The position numbers were made by a program, and so were the translations under genes. Of a stretch of DNA of 5,319 bases, positions 1-5,319 are shown piece by piece. Source of the stretch: Paraspadella gotoi (lineage: Eukaryota > Animalia > Chaetognatha); the NCBI GenBank assembly GCA_051294375.1, contig JBJCIZ010000554.1, positions 1-5,319 of the forward strand, given 5' to 3'. The notes below the pieces were generated by a model. It saw only the letters and a program-made list of their open reading frames with translations, did no database searches and was not told where the DNA came from. How positions within the stretch are numbered: position 1 is the stretch's first letter; each line of letters opens with the position of its first letter.

Positions 1-2038
1 AACGGGAGAGAGGTCTAGTTGAGCGCTCGGCGACAGGATGTGAAGAGCATATGTGCCCACATATTCAGGAAAAAGGTTAATGGAATTCGGTAGATTAAAG
101 GCGCTTCTTGAGCGTTATGAGAAGGGAACCTTAGACTTCTTAGGTTAGAGCAAGCTCTACGTTGGATACGTTATATGCCACCGCACGGGACAAAATAAGC
201 ACTACTAATCTTTATTTGTATCAATGAGCTAGGGCCTTAAGTCGGGGCACTCCAGCAGGGATTAGAGTTAAAAATGCTGCAGCAAGCCTCCCAGAGGTAG
301 TGTTGGCGATCAGAGTCTGTCGAGATATCTGAGTTATATGAATTAACTTCAAATATACTTTTAACAACTAATAAATTTAAGTGGAACAGACAAAATACCT
401 TTCTTACTTTAGACACAATAAACTATGAAAGAGAAAGGTGTGCCAAAAATCTTCAGGCAAGGGTAGCACGGCCCATGAATCAACTTATTAAACGGGCAAT
501 TGTTCCTGAACATCTTTTTTTAGGCCTCCCACATATTCAGAGTCAGTCCTCTTCTGGTATCGGAAAACAGAATACCATTTATCTGGGCGGAGGTGGGACC
601 TTGTTGAGGGCCTCCTAAAGGCCAGTGGGTTGAACAAGCAATAGTCCTGTGGTAGAGTATCGAATGGTGCGGACACTATGTAGACAGGAACACGGAACGT
701 GGGAGGATATCTGGAGGTATCAATTCCAATGCTCGATGTGCTGATCAGCGCATGAGGGGCGGTTCGGAATGGTGTGAGAAAGTTGACTAGCATACGCGTA
801 CTATCGAGACCAAAGCTCAAGATCCACACAGAATCCGGATTACCATTCCGCTCTTCACGCAAAACAGTCTCCATGCTCGTAGATCGCATTACAAGCTTGT
901 GCGCTCTCCAGACGAGGTAGCAGGGTCTGCCTTTCTAGGCATGAGCCAAGCTGTATTTGGCTATTGAACTCCACGCACAGGCTTCAAAGCCGATCCGGGT
1001 AACTTATGGCAACCCGTCTCTTCATAGAAGAGGCCTTCGGCGCTCAGTCAGTGGTACCTTGCGACAGTCTCATAGTTCAAGCCGTAACTTCGATACAGAG
1101 AAAGGCATCAGGTACCGCCGCCTGAGCCAAGTAGCCGCAAAATACAGAAGTCGCTCGTTCCACTTCCCACACAAAGCTGTAAGCAGTAACACGGACAGAA
1201 GCACACTACATCGTGGTGGAGCAGGCGCGGCCGGGCAACCCAACCCTGCACAAGACAGCACATAAGGTACGTACGCGCGAGTTCTATGAACGAGGAATTA
1301 TCTCTGATAGGATACCGACTGTCAGCCGAGAGGCACAACCGGTAACTGAAAACCTCTGATCGGCAACGAGATGCTCAGAGCGGGACATTTCATCATCTCT
1401 CGGCGTGTCGAGCTAGAACGCACACGCAAAATGAAATGACCCTGCAAGACAGCATTTAGAGAGTCAGACTGTCTTCGTGCATGTCCATACCCAACTGGTT
1501 CTTAAAAGGATTAAAGCTCTCAGAGCCAGTCTTTGAACGCGATGATGGAGGACACGACTTTGACCTCCTCAAAGACTATAGATTTCAACATTATCAAAGT
1601 GTGGTGGAGGCCCCAGCACACCACGTCCACAATGATTCCCACTGTTCTCCTCAAACGAGACAGGCGGAAACCCATGGGCAGGCCGATACCTCAACTTCGA
1701 ATCGTAGACACTCAAATCCATTTCCTTATCCTGTGGAGCGAGCCACGCCCCAAACGACGGCTCAGTGAGGAGTCCACCACTCTGCCACACAAAGCGGCAA
1801 GAACTGGACAACCGCCACAACACTCGTCAGCAGCAAGAAGAGGGCAGCTGGCACGGCGTATAGGTCAGAAGAGACATCAGAGTGGCTCTTGGAATAACTT
1901 TTCCCAAGGAACGCTTAACCTAGCCCCGCAGTTAACATGCTCGGGAATCTCAGCTGTCTTCTCAACCAATGACACGACAATGACCCGGCCACAAATCGTC
2001 CCAGCCTCGTCATTTTTCTAAACCAAGGGTCCAGCTCA
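1..2038. other. GC-richer block of unknown origin (possibly a decayed transposable or viral element)
   Basis: Counted lines: 661-720 has 31/60 GC and 1741-1800 has 37/60, versus 6/60 at 2161-2220; the drop near 2040 is abrupt. The longest listed ORF is 162 aa, and I recognised no RT, integrase, transposase or zinc-knuckle motif in the frames I translated. Confidence 0.3.
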
Positions 2039-2437
2039 TTTTGAGCTCTATCTTTACTACTTATTTTTCACTTTAATAATATTAATTAACCTATTCTATA
2101 CTGCACTAATGTAATCTTTTCACACTTTCTTATCCCTCTTTTGCCTCTCACATTAACTTATTTATATTATTAATAAGTTAATTGTTAATTCTTGTTTAAT
2201 CATTATTTTTGTTTTTAAAAGTTTTTAACTTATGTTGTACATTTCCCCAAATGTATTATTTTTCCCCTGTCCTCTCTCTCTCTTTAGTCTCTCTCACTCT
2301 CCCTTCCTTACCATTTCATTTTCTTTATTCAAAACTAAAAACTCATTGCTTGTCGTTCTCATCTTAAGCCTGTCCTCACCAACTGGCCACTATTCCGTCT
2401 CAACTCTACTCTGTGTTGAAACTTTGCCTAATCTTTA

Positions 2438-2462
2438 TTTTTCTCTCTTTTCTCTCTCTCTC

Positions 2463-2499
<37 letters not shown>

Positions 2500-2515
2500 C
2501 TCTCCTCTTCTTTCC
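2438..2515 (+). repeat. (CT)n microsatellite / polypyrimidine tract
   Basis: Pure pyrimidine except one A at 2465, with an imperfect (CT)n core at ~2442-2508. A shorter CT tract lies at ~2270-2300. Confidence 0.95.
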
Positions 2516-3050
2516 ACAACAAAATATGTTCATTTTCACAAACCACTTTTGGCGGCTGAAAAAGTACTTTGTAATAAAAGTCGAAAAACATGTACGTCTT
2601 TCCGTTGAAAATAAAATCTCGTTTGTGAATGATATAAAAATTTTGCCTCTATTAACAACGCAACAAAGAAAGGATCCTATTGATTACTCTAAACATCTAA
2701 TTCGAAATTTTCATAATACTGTTAACGATTAACAAGGTGTCGTCACTAAGATTTTGTGTTAGACCCACGCACAATTGACCAGAAGTTGGCTTACAACATG
2801 GTATTTTGTTTACCACAACTGAAAAGTTAAAACTATTTACTTATCCTGAAATTAGTATAATTATTTAATAAGTAGTGCTTGAAAAAAATGTTTAAAAAAG
2901 GGTTTTCACCAATAGTGAGTGTGTCCCGAACCGGAAATAGTGGTCAATAATCAATCAAACAAATATTATTAAACGTTTTTGATTTACTATGATTGTTAAA
3001 GATTTTTTATTGATATATTATAAATAATCCTATCATAGTTAATGTCGGAC

Positions 3051-3197
3051 TACAGCCCGATCCGAAGTTCGGGACCTTGTGTGCAACGGACGGTAAACTG
3101 CTCGCGGCATCGTCTTCCACAAGAGACAGTGATAATTGTTGTGTTAGTGACAGAACCGTTCAATATAAGCAGTCCCTGAGCTTCGGATCAGGCTGCA
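3051..3197. repeat. Long imperfect inverted repeat (rod-like hairpin)
   Basis: 3051-3075 (tacagcccgatccgaagttcgggac) pairs with 3172-3197 (gtccctgagcttcggatcaggctgca): 22 of 25 positions Watson-Crick, 3 wobble-type, one bulge. Pairing continues inward as 3076-3089 with 3156-3169. Confidence 0.9.
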
Positions 3198-3254
3198 ACA
3201 CCGTGTTACAGGCGGGTTAAGCGCCCCGTCGCTCTTAACTACTAGGCGACCACC

Positions 3255-3265
3255 GGGATAGAACC
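3255..3265 (-). promoter_or_regulatory. Pol III internal promoter B-box-like motif
   Basis: GGTTCTATCCC versus consensus GGTTCGANNCC (one mismatch), at the T-arm position of the tRNA-like head. Confidence 0.6.
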
Positions 3266-3297
3266 CCGGACCTTTGGGTTGGGAGGCGAATGACTTG

Positions 3298-3309
3298 CCT
3301 CCGGCACCA
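3298..3309 (-). promoter_or_regulatory. Degenerate Pol III A-box-like motif
   Basis: TGGTGCCGGAGG at the D-arm position; a loose match to TRGCNNARYGG. Confidence 0.35.
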
Positions 3310-3328
3310 ATGGTCGCTGATGAACGGT

Positions 3329-3348
3329 TGGTGGATTTTAGTCCACCA
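3329..3348. repeat. Short hairpin directly upstream of the tRNA-like head
   Basis: tggtgga-ttttag-tccacca, a perfect 7-bp stem. Confidence 0.7.
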
Positions 3349-3843
3349 TAATATTTTAGATTTTTGATCTAACTTTTTATGAAGAATCAGAATCTTGAAT
3401 AAAACTTTTTAAAAAATTATTTTGAAAATATATGATTTTATAAGGATAATACTATGAATATATTTTAATTAATGATACTGTTGCCAAACAATATAGGCAA
3501 AAAATTTTTTTTACTTCTCACATCTAAATATCCTTGTTTGTTCACTCAAATAAAATTTAAGTTCCCCAGTGCTCCACTCTACTGAACAGTATTGTGAAAA
3601 TTTTCAATTGCATGATTAAAAAAACAGTAAATAATGAGCTTCCTGAAAATGATTAAGAGAAGAGGGTGTTTGGTTCCAATGACCAGTGACCAGTATGCAA
3701 TGTGCAGTATCGAATCATTTTAAGCCACAATGGCTATTGGCTAAGCCTGTGGCACCTTGCAGGCAGCATCGCATTAGGGGCTTCAGACCTGCTTCAGGCG
3801 CGGTTACACTATTATCGTCTCGCTCTCACAAAATGGAAAGTCG

Positions 3844-4043
3844 TTAGGAATGTGGATGGAACACGCTGTTGGGATGGCACTTTTTTAAAAAAATTGCCCT
3901 TTCAGATTTAGATTGCTTAGGGCGACCAAGCGTGTCTTCAAGACCGACGGACTCAATTCTCTTAGCAACTCGGAATACTCTGTGGAAAGGCTCGTCAAAA
4001 CAGAAGAGTTTGTTCTCATCGTTGTTGACGTAAAAAATGAGAC
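3844..4043 (-). CDS. Possible terminal coding exon of an unknown gene
   Basis: Minus-strand acceptor-like site cacattttttcag|g at 4043, followed by 65 open codons (LIFYVNNDENKLFCFDEPFHRVFRVAKRIESVGLEDTLGRPKQSKSERAIFLKKCHPNSVFHPHS*) in a locally GC-richer patch. No family recognised and no upstream exon identified. Confidence 0.2.
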
Positions 4044-4100
4044 CTGAAAAAATGTGATCTATAAAATTTGTACATTAATGTAAAGATTATCCATTCATTT

Positions 4101-4139
4101 AAAAATCAAGTTTGAGCAAACTATGTCGGATCTGCCTAT
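4101..4139 (-). mobile_element. 3' terminus of a Helentron/HINE-type element, minus orientation
   Basis: Minus strand reads GCAGATCCGAC (subterminal IR), AT, AGTTTG-CT-CAAACT (palindrome), TGATTTTT. Positions 4125-4139 match 4743-4757 at 14/15. The order subTIR, stem-loop, T-run is the known HINE/DINE-1 3' architecture. Confidence 0.6.
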
Positions 4140-4315
4140 GATAATTAAGTGGTAATGTGATGATAATTCACCGTAATTTTTTCTGACTTTTAATTTGTGA
4201 TCTTAACAGATCACAACACATCGTAACATAACAAATCGTAGCATACTCTCCTAATAAATCTATAAAAAAATCTAAAAAATCATCTATCAATCATTACCCG
4301 CGGCCTTGCCAATAC

Positions 4316-4521
4316 CAACTTGCATAAATTGCTAATTTTGCATAATTTGGTCAATTGACAAAGTTTGGTCAACTGGCATAATCTTATCAACTGGCATAAT
4401 TTTGTCAACTGGCATAATTTGGTTAACCGGCATAATTTGGTCAACTGGCATAATTTGGTCAACTTGCAAAATTTGGTCACATGAATAATTTGGTCAACTA
4501 GCATAATTTGGTCAACTTGCA
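4316..4521 (+). repeat. 18-bp minisatellite, about 11.5 copies, consensus CAACTGGCATAATTTGGT
   Basis: Units start at 4316, 4334, 4352, 4370, 4388, 4406, 4424, 4442, 4460, 4478 (17 bp), 4495 and 4513 (partial). Confidence 0.97.
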
Positions 4522-4621
4522 ATCAATCAAAAAAATTAATCAATCATTCAATCAGAGTGTGAAGATATTTCTTTGGTCTTCACGCTAGCAGACCAGCGTT
4601 GAAATCGTCGCCCGTTATGAA

Positions 4622-4701
4622 ATGTTTTAAGAGGAAAGGTCATTCAGCATAACATTTTAGCCTATTTTGAAGTTAAATTGAATGACCCTTTTTCTTAACA
4701 T
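4622..4701. repeat. Imperfect inverted repeat (~30-bp arms); possible tiny TTAA-type MITE remnant
   Basis: ttaa-gaggaaaggtcattca...tgaatgaccctttttc-ttaa. The core ggtcattca/tgaatgacc is perfect, with TTAA at 4627-4630 and 4695-4698. Confidence 0.65.
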
Positions 4702-4881
4702 AAGTCTCGCCAAATTATATGAAGAAAAAGTAGCGTTTTTTAGTCGGATCTGCTTATCAGCAGATCCCGACTCTATAATTCACTTTGTCGGTCCGTCGGT
4801 CCGCCCCCTCAATATTGTCGGGCACACACTTATATCATGTCAGAACATCGAATTATGATTAATTATGCAAAAAAAAACGAT

Positions 4882-4905
4882 GTCCGTCCGTCCGTCCGTC
4901 TGTCC
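4882..4905 (+). repeat. (GTCY)6 microsatellite within the HINE
   Basis: gtcc x4, gtct, gtcc. A related gtcg-gtcc-gtcg-gtcc tract lies at 4787-4803. Confidence 0.9.
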
Positions 4906-4922
4906 TACATTAGCAAAAAACT

Positions 4923-5319
4923 CCAATTACTCGTGATTGGATGGATGGATTAGTATGAAATTTTGTGTGTGGGTAGATAACTGTGTGATTGAGATGGATA
5001 TAAGGTTTAGAGGGAATCGTGCGAGAGGAATTTGGTTTAAACGGAAAAAACAAAAAAATATATTTCACTATTTGAACGCCAATTGCTCAGGAGTGGATAG
5101 GGCAAATAACTTGAAATTTTGTATGATGGTAGGAAAGTGTGTGATTGAGCTGGATATAAAGTTTCGATGGAATCGTGAGAGTGGAAATGAGTTAAAATGG
5201 AAAAAACAAAAGTCATATTTACTTGGAGTATTTTTACTTAAATTTACTCATACTTATTATGTTTATTAAAAATTGGATTGATAAATCGAAATTGAATTTT
5301 GTGTGTGGGTAGGAAAGTA
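4923..5319 (+). repeat. Diverged internal tandem repeats of the HINE (periods 156 and 180 bp, more than 2 copies)
   Basis: The ttttgt..g..ggtag anchor recurs at 4961, 5117 and 5297. Copies 1 and 2 share tgtgtgattgag-tggatataa-gttt, ggaatcgtg-gag-ggaa and ggaaaaaacaaaa, and ccaatt-ctc recurs at 4923 and 5079. Confidence 0.92.

Larger units (their letters stand above)
3003..3317 (-). mobile_element. Putative tRNA-derived SINE (tRNA head, structured body, A-rich tail)
   Basis: GC-rich island in very AT-rich flanks. The minus strand starts with a tRNA-like 73-mer carrying A/B-box-like motifs, continues through a ~200-nt hairpin-rich body, and ends ...GGGCTGTAGTCCGACATTAACTATGATAGGATTATT...AATAAAAAA. 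There is no internal T4 run on the minus strand. No convincing target-site duplication was found and the 3' boundary is approximate. Confidence 0.6.
3245..3317 (-). pseudogene. tRNA-like sequence (SINE head or pseudo-tRNA) with CCC (Gly-like) at the anticodon position
   Basis: Minus strand: GCGACCA-TTGGTGCCGGAGGCAAGTCA-TTCGC-CTCCCAA-CCCAA-AGGT-CCGGG-GTTCTAT-CCCGG-TGGTCGC-C (73 nt). It has a perfect 7-bp acceptor stem, a 5-bp CCGGG/CCCGG T-stem and an AGGTC variable loop. The anticodon stem pairs only 3/5, the D-stem is not formed and the T-loop is out of register, so it is unlikely to be a decoding tRNA. Confidence 0.7.
4736..5319 (+). mobile_element. Non-autonomous Helentron-associated element (HINE / DINE-1-like), cut off by the window end
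   Basis: Starts with a T-run (4736-4741), then a 5' stem-loop agtcggatctgct-tatc-agcagatcccgact (4742-4772), GTCN microsatellites (4787-4803, 4882-4905) and ~156-180-bp internal tandem repeats. This order matches established DINE-1/HINE structure. The 3' end is not in the window. Confidence 0.8.

Noticed and set aside
56-540. 13-bp direct repeat cccacatattcag (56-68, 528-540) as a TSD
   Set aside because: One 13-mer match in 5.3 kb is near chance level, and the enclosed sequence has no TIRs or tail.
488-2021. Seven short overlapping ORFs on both strands
   Set aside because: Lengths are as expected by chance at ~50% GC, they overlap inconsistently, and no domains are recognisable.
2232-2732. 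166-aa Leu/Ser-rich ORF
   Set aside because: Open because CT-rich low-complexity sequence lacks stop codons; no protein features.
3200-3270. HDV-like ribozyme suggested by gcg-ccccgt-cgc (P3/L3-like)
   Set aside because: No GG for P1.1, no consistent P1/P2 nesting and no J4/2 motif.
3245-3317. Functional tRNA-Gly(CCC) gene
   Set aside because: The D-stem is absent, the anticodon stem pairs 3/5 and the T-loop is out of register.
3317-3350. Hammerhead ribozyme suggested by CTGATGA between two stems
   Set aside because: No GAAA follows the putative stem II and no NUH precedes stem I. The minus-strand CTGACGA near 1825 and CTGAAGA near 453 also lack a proper core.
2999-3366. Target-site duplication around the SINE-like element (agattttt on both sides)
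   Set aside because: Only a short low-complexity match in AT-rich flanks.
3702-3911. 69-aa plus-strand ORF
   Set aside because: Short, GTG start in a eukaryote-like context, and no motif.
4316-4521. CRISPR array, or the 80-aa LTKLCQ-repeat ORF (4280-4522, minus)
   Set aside because: The units are head-to-tail with no spacers and no cas genes. The ORF follows from the 18-bp period, and a 17-bp unit shifts the repeat frame.
4937-5269. 110-aa ORF with an internal repeat
   Set aside because: Lies wholly within the HINE tandem repeats, starts at TTG, and its frame is not kept into the third unit.

Overview
This looks like AT-rich eukaryotic (probably invertebrate) non-genic DNA made of repeats and non-autonomous mobile elements; no protein-coding gene can be named. 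From left to right: (1) a GC-richer block (1-~2038) with stops in all six frames and no recognisable protein motif; (2) a pyrimidine-rich stretch with a (CT)n microsatellite; (3) the most notable item, a ~315-bp GC-rich, highly structured minus-strand element (~3003-3317) made of a 73-nt tRNA-like head, small hairpins, a ~147-nt rod-like hairpin and an A-rich tail, best read as a tRNA-derived SINE or Pol III hairpin RNA; (4) a weak candidate minus-strand exon; (5) an 18-bp minisatellite and a TTAA-bounded inverted repeat; (6) a Helentron/DINE-1-type non-autonomous element (HINE) running off the right end, with an orphan, oppositely oriented 3' end of apparently the same family about 600 bp upstream. 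All calls are by eye; no searches or folding programs were run.
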